36,529 bases of DNA. Source: Jimgerdemannia flammicorona (lineage: Eukaryota). Of this stretch, positions 11,348 through 21,926 are shown one piece after another; position 1 is the first letter of the stretch; each line of letters starts with the position of its first letter. The stretch lies in assembly GCA_003990765.1 (NCBI GenBank), contig RBNJ01000214.1, positions 1-36,529 of the forward strand, written 5' to 3'. The position numbers and the translations under genes are program-made. The notes beneath the pieces were generated by a model. That model saw only the letters and a list, made by a program, of their open reading frames with translations, was not told the DNA's origin and did no database searches.

Positions 11348-11474
11348 ATAATGCCAGCACCGGTATTCTCATGTAACACCAGATAATGCCAGCACTGGTA
11401 TTCTGAGGTGATGCGAAATCATTCCAGCACCGGCATTTTGATGTGATACTAAATAATGCCAGCCCTGGAACTCA
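11348..11474 (+). repeat. 35-bp tandem repeat x4 with dyad core, upstream of the LTR TATA box (second set 18343-18469)
   Basis: Units start at 11348, 11383, 11418 and 11453. The core AATGCCAG-CA-C(C/T)GG(T/C)ATT is an imperfect palindrome. Confidence 0.85.
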
Positions 11475-11777
11475 GTAGTTTTAGTTATTGGAATTTATAT
11501 TTAGCTTTATATCTTAGCAACCATTGAATTATATTTTGTATAAATACCCCTCTTATTTCCTCTGAAATAAAGTCAGTTCTGGTTCACTTACATACACTTC
11601 CTTGCAAGCAATCTAAGAGATAACAAGACAGTTAAAGATAAGAAGTTTGAGGACTATAAGACCTTGGGAAGGCACTCCAATAAGAACTTGCTTATAACAA
11701 CTTAAGTTAGTCTAAGAGATACACCTTGAAGAGAATCTGGCATATTTGAAGGACTCAGCGACCACTATGTGACAACT

Positions 11778-11795
11778 TGGTGCCCATTGGCTGGT
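11778..11795 (+). promoter_or_regulatory. primer-binding site of element D (tRNA identity unresolved)
   Basis: TGGTGCCCATTGGCTGGT lies 3 nt after the LTR. An identical sequence follows the 5' LTR of element C (20823). Confidence 0.75.
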
Positions 11796-11894
11796 GATTC
11801 AAGACGAATCCCTCACTTTCAAGCTGAAAAATGAACAACCCCCACAACAACTACCCTGACTACAAGAGTCACCCCTGCAAGAATTCAAGACAAG

Positions 11895-14800
11895 ATGGAA
11901 ATGCATCCCCCCACATTCTATGGATATACTACTGAAGAGTCAATCCTGACCTTCATTGAAGACTTTGAACAATTCGCCACCATACGAGCCCTTGGTGTGG
12001 ATGCTCAATTGGCCCTTCTACCAGTCAGCCTCAGAGGACCTGCCAGAGACAAGATCAATGCAGCCACCATTGCTGATGCTGGTGCAGCCAAACTTGTCAA
12101 CATGAAGACCTTCCTCAGAACAACATATTATACTGAAGAGATCAAGCAAGCTCTCAAGGATCAACTCAATACTATCTGCCAGGGACTTAGTGAAGATCCC
12201 AACTCATTCTATACCCGAATTTGCCACCAGATTATCTTGGCTGGCTATAATGACCACCTCAAGGAACAAATAGCGGATTCAACCTTCCTCAAAGGAGTTC
12301 ACCCTGAAATTGCCCTAGCAATCCGGTCTACCCCAGCTGCACTGACCCTTGATCAGAAAGTGGTCTTTGCACAGAGATATTGGACTACCAGACACTATGC
12401 CGAACACTCAATGGAGAAAATAACTGGCATCAAGATGGAGCCATCAAAGCCAACTAGTATCCTACCTGCTACAGTTGTGAACAGACAATCAACCACACCT
12501 ACCCCCAAGACAGCCAAAGCTGACCCAGTGGAAGAACTCGCCAAGCAGTTCGCCGAGATGACTGCACACCTTGGTGATGTTGTTAGAGAAGTCCGAAGCG
12601 CCAATAGGAGACCAGTACAAAGATTTGCAGCTGCTACAGAAGAATGCAATAACATCACATGCTTCAGATGTGGAGAAGAAGGCCACTATGCAAAGAATTG
12701 CATGACTGAAACGAGATGCAAAGCCCAACCAAGCAATGCTAGCAGAACCAGAGAACAAACCAATGCAGTAGTCATTGAGGAGATTGGTGACACTGATGAT
12801 GAAGAATACTACGAGGAGCTTGAATTCTACCCTGCTACTGAAGGTACCAGAACCCAGTCCAAGTCTTATGACAAGAAGAGCAACAGCAAGCCAGTTGGAA
12901 GACCAAAGAAGACCCCAGCTGTCACCATTCAAAGCAAGACCCAACCCAAGGAGATTGATCAAGACATAGAGTTAGATGAAGCTGCCCGCCAAATCATTGA
13001 AGGCACTACTCCAGTCTCAGGAGAAAGCGAAAGCAAGAAGGAACAGAAGCTGTGCAAGACCAAGATCCACCAGTATGACATCTACAAGGACCTCAAGGAG
13101 CAGAAGGTCAATGCCACTTTTGGACAGCTAGCTGAAGTCCCTGCCTTCAGACAGCAGTTGAGAGTAGGACTTGCAACTACTGCCAAGAATCAAGAGTACA
13201 AGATTGTGGAAGCTCACAATGTACAGGAAGAATCCGAGAACTCAGGTGAAGAATCTGAAGACCAGCGCAAGACATCAGCCTATACCCCCTGCCAGATCAA
13301 AGACTGTATCTTTGATGCCATCATTGATACTGGTGCTGGAGGATGCCTCATGAGCAAGAAGGCAATTGACCGCCTAGGTTGGGATATTGAAGAGTCCACC
13401 AAGATGGTCTATGTCACAGCAGACGGTACACGAGCTACCCCCCTTGGCAAAATCCGAGAAGTCCCCATCAAGATAGGAGGAGCTACCATTCCAGTAGACG
13501 TGATTGTTACAAGTGCCACCAACTATGACATCCTCATTGGCAACCAATGGCTTCACAAGGCCAAGGCCATCATTGATCTCAATGCCCAGAAGATGCAGAT
13601 CAACTACAGAGGAAGAAAGGTACAAGTCTCTATCAATGTCCACAAAGGAGTTCTACCAGACATGGAGGAAGGAGATGAAGAAGACACAGAGGTGTTCATG
13701 CACTCGGTGAACAAGAACAAGAGCAAGACACCCAAGCTCACAGATGAGCAGTGGTACAACAAGATCATCGATAGCTATGCCCCTCAAGGAAGATGCCCCC
13801 ATGGTACTAGAATGTACTGCTCCGAACACCTGAATGACTGCTAGTCCTGTATCAGTGAAGTCAGGAAAATCCGCCAACAGAAACATGAGCAAAAAGCCGC
13901 CGAAGCAAAAAGGAAAGCCAAAGAAGATGACCAGCCCCCAGAGCTTCAAGCTGACAGCGACGATGAGGAGGAACAAGAACCAGACATCACTCTCAAGGTC
14001 AAGAAGTTTCACCCCGAAGCCAAGATCCCAGAATACAAGACTGAAGGAGCCATAGGAATGGACCTTACCAGCATTCAAGATGCTACCCTCGAGCCACAGA
14101 CCACCACTCTACTTGGCACCAGAATTGGAGTCAAGTTACTAGAAAACCATGCCGGAATCATCAAGACCAGAAGCAGTCTAGCCAAAAGCAAAATCTCAGT
14201 TGAAGGAGGAGTAATTGACCCTGATTACACTGGCGAGATCTTTCTCATAGTCAGAAATCACAACCACACCACCCCCTTCGAAGTCAAGAAGCATGACAGG
14301 ATCAGCCAGATGCTGATCCACGAAATCAAGAAGCCCAAGATCATAGAAGCCATCGAACTCATCAAGACCAAGAGAGGAGAACAAGGCTTTGGATCTACTG
14401 GAAGAGGAGCCTATGCCACCACCAAGATTACCAAACTTGAGCACAAGAAAGACAAGGATCAGAACAAGCACACATATACCATTGGAGAAAACTTTCCCCT
14501 AGAGGAACAACTCCTCAAGATTCTGCACCAGAATGAAGGAGTACTTGCTACAGACTTTAGGAATATCCACAACCAAGAACCCAAGTACTACCACGAAGTT
14601 GATACCAGTGATACCAAGCCCATCTACCAGAAAGCCAGACCCATACCACCTGCCTACAGAGAGTGGCTGCGAGCTGAACTCAAGGAAATAGAGGAAGCCA
14701 GAATCATTAAGCAAGCTATCAGCCCCTGGGCCTCACCCATTGTCCTAGCCCCAAAGAAAGGAAGCAAGCCTGGAGAGTTTGCACCAAGACTCTGCATTGA

Positions 14801-15923
14801 CTACAGGAAGCTCAATGCCATTACCAAGAAGGATAGGCAGCCCTTGCTGAATATTCAAGAAATCCTTACCACTCTTGGAAGTGAAGCCAAATACTACACC
14901 ACCTTGGATCTGTTCTCAGGCTTTCATCAGATTGGTCTCACTCAAGATGCCAGTGAGAAATCAGCCTTCATTACACCTGATGCCACCTATATCTACCTGT
15001 GAATGCCATTTGGAATGTGCAATGCCCCAGCAAGTTTCCAGCGAATGATAAACAGAGTCTTCAGCAACGAGATTGGAAAATAGCTCTTTGTCTATGTTGA
15101 TGATATGATCATCTTCAGCAACACTGCACGGGAACATATCAATCACATACAGCTAGCCCTCAAGAGGCTCAAGGAGCATGGCCTCTACATCAAGCCCAAG
15201 AAATGCAAGTTTGCAGCTCAAGAAATCGCCTACCTAGGACACCTCATCAATCAGACCGGAATCCACACAGACCCCATGAAGATTGAGGCTGTTGCAGCCT
15301 ACCTGAGACCCAGAACAACCACAGAAGTCCACGCCTTCCTTGGACTAGCCAGCTACTACAGAAGATTCATCAAAGGATACTCTAATATTGCAGCACCTAT
15401 TTACGAGCTACTGAAGAAGGAGACCAAATTCGAATGGACCAAGGAGCGCCAAGAGACCTTCAATGAACTCAAGACCAGGTTGACTCAAGCACCTATCCTC
15501 AGAAGACCAGATTGGAACCTAGAATTCATCCTGCAGACAGATGTAAGCGCCATAGGACTTGGAGCAGTCCTAGCTCAGAAGAAAGATGGACATGAATATG
15601 TCATCTCCTATGCAAGCCAAGGTACCTACGGAGCAGAACAAAACTACGAGTCATGCAAGCTTGAATGCTTAGCAGTAGTTTGGGCAGTAGACAAGTTCCA
15701 CTACTACCTAGCTAGGAAACACTTCACCATTCAAACAGACCACTCTGCTCTTGCCTGGCTATTCCACACTCTGAACCCTAAAGGAATATATGCCAGGTGG
15801 ATCTACAGGCTGCAAGAGTATGACTGTACTGTCAAGCACCGCTCAGGAAAGACCAACACCAATGCCAATGCACTCTCAAGGACACCCCGAAATACTCCCA
15901 TCAAGACTATTCAACATGAATAA
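11895..15923 (+). pseudogene. gag-pol: single-frame gag-protease-dUTPase-RT-RNase H polyprotein with three premature stops
   Basis: ORFs 11895, 14058 and 15105 are in one frame, broken by TAG 13842, TGA 15000 and TAG 15081. Motifs: CFRCGEEGHYAKNC, IDTGA, RLCIDYRKLN, YVDD, TDVSAIGLGAVL, TDHSAL. The original start is probably ATG 11831 (+1 insertion in a C run). Confidence 0.95.
13992..14402 (+). CDS. dut: dUTPase domain between protease and RT (uninterrupted)
   Basis: All five motifs present: GMDL, RSSLA, GVIDPDYTGEI, DRISQM, RGEQGFGSTG. Confidence 0.93.
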
Positions 15924-17163
15924 GGAGCTATACTATGGATTAATCAGCTACCTTGGGCAGTGGAAGATGCCCAACCACCTCGAACCCTGGACAATCACCA
16001 TCATCAACCGGACTTGGAAACAGTTTGAATTAGGCAGCACTACACTCAGAAAAGGAGGAAAGCTAGTAATACCCGAACACAAGAAGTATCAAGTAATGAA
16101 GGAAGTACACGAGCAAGGACACTTAGGAGGAACCAACACATACGACAAGGCAAGAAGAACTATGTGGTGGCCCAAGATGGAAGAAGACCTGTGCCAATTT
16201 GTCAAAGGGTGTGACAAGTGCCAAAAACAGAAACAAGATCAGCAAGACCAGGCACCCGGGTCATCAAGAATTGAGCCTATCCCCTTCCACCACATCGCAA
16301 TAGATATCATTGGACCACTACCAGTAACACTATCAGGAAACCGCTATATTATAGTTATTGTAGACCTCTTCACCAAATGGATAGAGGCAGGAGCATTACA
16401 AGAAGCCAATGCCCTCTCTATAGCCGACTTCCTGCACCAAGAAATCATCTGCCACTACAAGACACCAAAGCAAATCACAACAGACTGTGGAACGGAATTT
16501 GTCAATGGATTCCACGAGATAATGTATCAGAAATACAAGATCCAGCACATCAAGACCACCGCGTACCACCCTCAAGGAAATGGACAGACAGAAAGAACCA
16601 ACAAGACCCTCAAGAACATCCTAGTGAAGATCTCAGAGACATATGAGAATTGGGATAACTATCTCCCAACCACCCTCTCTGTCCTACGAGACATACAGTC
16701 ACAGAGCACACATTTTACCCCAAGAGAGCTGCTCTTCGGAGAAGAAGATTCTGATGGAACCTCAGCCACAAATCTAGACCTAACTTGGAGACAGGTTGAT
16801 GCAGAAATCCAGAGACTACATCAAATCAGGAAGAAGGCTGAAGATTACATCACTAAGTCACAAGTGCTGACAAGGAAGAATGCAGAAAAGAATCACAAGG
16901 CCCTAGAACCCATCCGAATTGGAGAAAAGATTCTACTGTATTGAAATATGGTAGAAGCCTCTTGGTCACGAAAACTGGAGCCCAAATGGGAAGGACCCTT
17001 CTATATGCAAGATATCAAGGGAACTACCTTCTGGCTTAGAAAAATCTCAGGGACCATACTGCCTACCACAGTACATAGGAACAGACTCAAGAAGTACCAC
17101 GAACCTATACAAGAGAAGCAAAACGTGATGATCGCCCGTGAGGTTCTAGTCCGCGAATCGTAA
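15916..17163 (+). pseudogene. integrase (separate reading frame; one internal TGA at 16942)
   Basis: HHCC (HEQGHLG...CDKCQ), DDE core (IDIIGP, TDCGTEF, NGQTER) and GPF module (WEGPF). Confidence 0.93.
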
Positions 17164-17498
17164 CAGCATGTCCCGTGACCAGCAGGCTATCTGTCTGGAC
17201 CATTCTCTAAGGGATATGGCACTGGCAACTACTCATCCGTGAGACTTTCGATGTCAGAGGAGTTCAAACCGTCAACTGATTGGTCAAGATCAGAATCAGG
17301 CCCTTGCTCTATATGAAGGGAGCGACCCTTCACCATCACACCAAAATACAAAGGGAAGATGCCAGCCCATAAACACCACTTTTCGACCCCTTGCCAGAGG
17401 TTATGGGATCAGCAAATTTTTCAGGACTGGACCAATGAATAAGGATGCTCAGGAAGATTCTTATTCAAGAGGAAGATATAACGGTGACCCCAGAATGA
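17151..17498 (+). pseudogene. putative accessory reading frame between integrase and U3 (crosses the PPT)
   Basis: Frame RIVTACPVTSRLSVWTIL*GIWHWQLLIRETFDVRGVQTVN*LVKIRIRPLLYMKG...IRMLRKILIQEEDITVTPE has pol-like codon usage. Its four stops are all TAA/TGA, revertible to CAA/CGA. Confidence 0.45.
17467..17476 (+). promoter_or_regulatory. polypurine tract of element D
   Basis: AAGAGGAAGA immediately before the 3' LTR. Confidence 0.85.
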
Positions 17499-18769
17499 TG
17501 ACATCAGCACAGGAGACAGCCTTTCCTTGCAAGCCACCAGATCGAAGCACAAGAAGATCATACGGCATACAAGATGAGCAATGATGACCAACTGTGAGTC
17601 ATTGTGACCACAGCACAAGCATCCTGAAGAATATAAAAGAAGGATCAAGGAACCGTAGTAGTAGCAACCAACAAGGATCATCATTGCCACCGAATGCCTC
17701 CAAATGTGGCTGGAGTATGAAATAGGAAACCTCCTCTACCGGGAGTTCCCAGAAGCCAGCACCCAAGAGCTACAAGATGCCACCCCCATGGACCTACATG
17801 AAACAAGGACAGCTAAGAAGATCCATCAGATCTTCAGGCATGCACCATGGTCGATCCCCAACTTAGAGTATGTTAGAGTCTCAGACTTCAGAGACCTGTC
17901 ATCCCGCCATATCAATGCACTAGAAGCCAGGGTAGCTACAGAAGCCCAGTCCACCATCACTCAACAGCGAAGAAGTAGAAGACTTCTGGCACCCTATCCT
18001 CCAGGACAACCCAGACCAATTCCTGCAAGGATTGATCTCAGTATTCCAAGGCCCAAGCATCCGGGTTAGATCTCCCCAAGACCCCACATTTGTTCCCTAT
18101 TTTGTGGAAGAGAACCTCATAGACTGGAGAGCTCCAGATCTCCTTGTTCCTGATTTTCCTGCCACTGCTGAACGTGATGACGTCATCGGCGATGACGTCA
18201 TCCCGCGTGACATCGACATACGCGAAGCACGCGAAAACGATGAATTCGCAGATCTCATCTCCTTCAGTGATGATGATGATGATGATGATGATGAAGCCCC
18301 CATGGTCCTGAACTTTCTGCTCTAAGTTCTTTGTTACACTGAATAATGCCAGCACCGGTATTCTCATGTAATACCAGATAATGCCAGCACTGGTATTCTG
18401 AGGTAATGCGAAATCATTCCAGCACCGGCATTTTGATGTGACACTAAATAATGCCAGCCCTGGAACTCAGTAGTTTTAGTTATTGGAATTTATATTTAGC
18501 TTTATATCTTAGCAACCATTGAATTATATTTTGTATAAATACCCCTCTTATTTCCTCTGAAATAAAGTCAGTTCTGGTTCACTTACACACACTTCCTTGC
18601 AAGCAATCTAAGAGATAACAAGACAGTTAAAGATAAGAAGTTTGAGGACTATAAGACCTTGGGAAGGCACTCCAATAAGAACTTGCTTATAACAACTTGA
18701 GTTAGTCTAAGAGATATACCTTGAAGAGAATCTGGCATATTTGAAGGACTCAGTGACCACTACGTGACA
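17477..18769 (+). repeat. 3' LTR of element D
   Basis: TATAAC (TG>TA)...GTGACA, direct repeat of 10485-11774. Confidence 0.97.
17581..18325 (+). pseudogene. U3-encoded ORF of unknown function, 3' LTR copy (~250 aa consensus, acidic C-terminus)
   Basis: ORFs 17704-18069 and 18032-18325 join when a 2-bp deletion (~17960) is repaired from the 5' copy. Confidence 0.65.
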
Positions 18770-19619
18770 CTATATACTTATTTACTAAATATGAATAAAA
18801 AGAATATAAATTCAATCTACTTACTAAATTCTTTCTTACTGAATCATATTTCTCAAATAAGAGTTGTATGTGTACTGTATGAACAATTAAATCTATAGAT
18901 ATAACATTGAACTGCTCAGTCTGCATAGTGACAGCTATTCCTATCTCACAATTATGAGAGATCATATTTTTAGTACTAGAATGCTCAATATCTACTATAT
19001 TATATCACTCCAAGTATATAAGTCAATGAACTTAGCAATCTTACTTGATTTTGAAGAGAAGGTAAACTTGAGCAAAAGAATATTTGTCTATATCTTGTCT
19101 TATCTCAAACTGCTTGTCTATAAGATTATACAATACTACTCAGTCATATTATAGACTTCTATGGAACTGTTACTTATAGCAAATAAGTTGATAAAATATA
19201 GCTAAATCTAATTTTATATCTACATATAAAAGATTCATGAACTCCAATTAATAAAGTGGTAAAGATATTAATCTACAGAGATTAAGAAGAGATATTAGAA
19301 ATATCACAAAAAAAGTTTACCAGCTAACTTAGTATAAATAACTTACTATTGGATTTGAAAGTTTAGAAAGATTTTTTCTATTTACTTAATAATGATATCT
19401 ATTTCCAAATATAAACTGGAGATTATGGAAAAACATCTGAGTAGTAAGTTCAAGATTACATAGTCTAAACAATTTTAAAACTTCATTAATATAGAGTGTA
19501 CCTTCAGAGATACTAGTACTCAGGTTCAGTTATTAGTAAGCTTAAGATATCTGTAAGCTTACTATGTAATTGTAATATGATCAAGCTTGTCCTTAAGTAC
19601 TATTCAGCACTATACTAAC

Positions 19620-20436
19620 TTGATAACTTAGGAAAGAGAATCACATTTGTTTGTTCATCAATATAGTATCTTAACTTTCATACAATGTTAATATTAGTGT
19701 TATCTCTATATTAGTATTATCTGATATATCAAATATTCAAGTTGACTCAGAAATATGCTATAGAGAGTAGTGTTTTTCAAAGTTCAGTAAACTTGGTAAG
19801 ATCTCTATAAACTGCTCTTTTGGTTTATTGAATTGAGATAATAGCATATTTTAATCTGTAAATATTTTTTCAGTAATGAGGTATAGAAGTACTACTCAAT
19901 GAAAATTATGAGGTATTTGACAATACTAAGTGATTTGAAAATCCTTCTCATATATGAGAGTAATATTTTTTAAAAGATTTTTTTTTTTTATTAAAGAGTT
20001 CACAAATAGTTCATGAACTCACTGTAATATATATAATACTTATATACATCAGTTGTTAATATTCAGCTGTAGTTATTTAACTAAGATTTGAAATTCCAGT
20101 AGAGAATTTTTTAAGCTTAGAATATTAAGAAACAAGTTGAATACAAAGTTTAGCTCTAGTTTACCATATATATATCAAATGAACTCTTGATAAGATTAAG
20201 AGTTAGATTGATTTTTTACTTAATAAAGTATATTAGGCATAATTATTAAATAAATATTTATAAGAGATAGTTTCCATAGTATATTCTAGAGTTTGGTTAA
20301 CAGATGATGTAATTGTTAGTAAAAAAATATTTATTTAAAAATAAGCAAAATTAATATATATAGTTAGTCCCACAATCTATGCTCTTGAAGACTCTTTTCA
20401 GCTATTTTATATTTGTCTTTTGAATGATAAATCTGT
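19620..20436 (-). pseudogene. Plavaka-type transposase, C-terminal part (degraded)
   Basis: KLKKFSTGISNLS*ITTAEY*QLM (~20115-20050) and NFEKHYSL*HISEST*IFDISDNTN (~19785-19715) resemble Plavaka motifs (F..Gi..l.q.T..E; NfpK.H...H). Confidence 0.65.
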
Positions 20437-20819
20437 TGTGATGTATGATATGAAATAGAAATAGAAAATAGATATTTAATTATAGTACCTGAATCCAATT
20501 TCCAATTTAGTATAGTCCTTTACTATGGATACTGCATCTAAAACATTATCAGTGAAACTCTTGTTACTTTCATGAATTTCAAATAGGATTTCACATGAGA
20601 TTCTACCTGAGAATTTTACATGAAAAGACTTAATACTTAGCTATATATTTAGTAGCAGAATAAGCACACAAATCTGTATAAATAACTCAGTATTTTAGAG
20701 TAAATAAACCTCAGTCAGATTGAGTCAGTTCAATTCCAAAAATAAGTCTTCTTTATATATCCTTCTTCTCCATTTCAAAATCTTTCCAACTCAACAAGTT
20801 CTATGTCTGCTACATTATA
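20437..20819 (+). repeat. 5' LTR of element C
   Basis: TGTGATG...CATTATA, direct repeat of 28668-29048. TGTATAAAT and AATAAA present. Confidence 0.92.
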
Positions 20820-21776
20820 ACTTGGTGCCCATTGGCTGGTAATTCAAGATGAATCCTCACTTTTAAGCTAAAAAATAAACAACTGCCAGACTGCCATACA
20901 GACTGTCATATTGTACATGGTATTTATCTGCACCATCTACTGTTAATTACTTGTTCCAGTAGTCAGCCTCATTTCTGTGAATCTGTAATAGTTCTAGTTT
21001 CTTTAAGAGAAAGTGGCTAAATCTGGAAGTTCTAGTTGGCCTAATGTAGTTTGAAGAGATACTTAAAGGTTCAAGTGTTCTTGAAGGATTTCTAGAAGAA
21101 AATATTCTGAGCTTTATTCAGACAGAGAACAAAGATATTTATACATAATCTGAAAAGAAAGATCCAGAAGGATCTTGGAAAGAAAGAGAAATGCCAAGAA
21201 ATAGGTTCTTGGCAAAGCTGACTAATACTATTCTATAATATTCCAAAAGGTTCTATAACTAGCTATAATAATATACTTGGCACCAAGGAAAGACAAGAAT
21301 ATTCTAGTAGTGTCTGGGTGCTGAGAGAAGATTTCTAAGCAAGTAGAAGATAGTGGAATATAGTAGAATATTCAAGAAATGACAAGAAAAGACTAACTAA
21401 AAGATGCGAAAATATACTAAGACTAAATATGACTGTGAAATTGTTACATCTCTCTCTCCTTAAGAACCAATGTTCTCATTGAGTTTTTAGGTAATACAAG
21501 ACTAGATATACTTAACCAAAATTTCTCAAACTTGTATCAGTACATTGGTGGGAATTGGCCATCCTCATATAGAGTAGAGGGCCTATTACTAGACTAATCA
21601 ACTGAGAGAGATTCAAACCCAGCTAGTAGCTTCATTTTGGTAGGCTTCTTATTCATTAAATGTTCTGCTAGTTCCAGGGTCCCAAAGTAAACTTCCAATA
21701 TATAAAGTACTGGTCTTTGCTATAGGTTGTCAATAATCCAAGAAAGTCACTACAGAGATTGGGCAATGTATTTTAC

Positions 21777-21926
21777 CTCGAAGTCTTGAACTAGATCTTG
21801 AGAGTTCTTAAGGTTGACCAGTGGTTCTCAGGTAGCATCATATTCAGGATAACCCATCCACTTGACTAGGTATTTGGGACAGTGGTAGTGGATTCGTTTG
21901 TCAAGAATTTTCTCAGCTTTATACTC
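21777..21926 (-). pseudogene. chromodomain
   Basis: EYKAEKILDKRIHYHCPKYLVKWMGYPEYDAT*EPLVNLKNSQDLVQDFE. Confidence 0.92.

Larger units (their letters stand above)
10485..11774 (+). repeat. 5' LTR of element D
   Basis: TGTAAC...GTGACA, direct repeat of 17477-18769. TATAAATA at 11539-11546 and AATAAA at 11566-11571, so U3 is ~1.08 kb. Confidence 0.97.
10485..18769 (+). mobile_element. full-length Ty3/Gypsy LTR retrotransposon D (dUTPase-bearing, no chromodomain)
   Basis: Paired ~1.29-kb LTRs, 4-bp TSD CTAT (10481-10484, 18770-18773), PBS, PPT and domain order gag-PR-dUTPase-RT-RH-IN. Confidence 0.97.

Noticed and set aside
11348..11474. Palindromic repeats with spacers resembling CRISPR
   Set aside because: The spacers are mutually similar, the repeats lie within an LTR in a eukaryotic context, and there are no cas genes.
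12395..16646. Alternative-frame and antisense ORFs over gag-pol and integrase
   Set aside because: Expected by-products of the biased codon usage of pol; no recognisable domains.
17168..17584. Alternative frame (MSRDQQAICL...) with only one internal stop
   Set aside because: Its codon usage and composition fit the element less well than the frame starting at 17151. Not excluded, but not called.
18774..19600. Coding-like remnant right of element D
   Set aside because: Too degraded to assign a frame or family.
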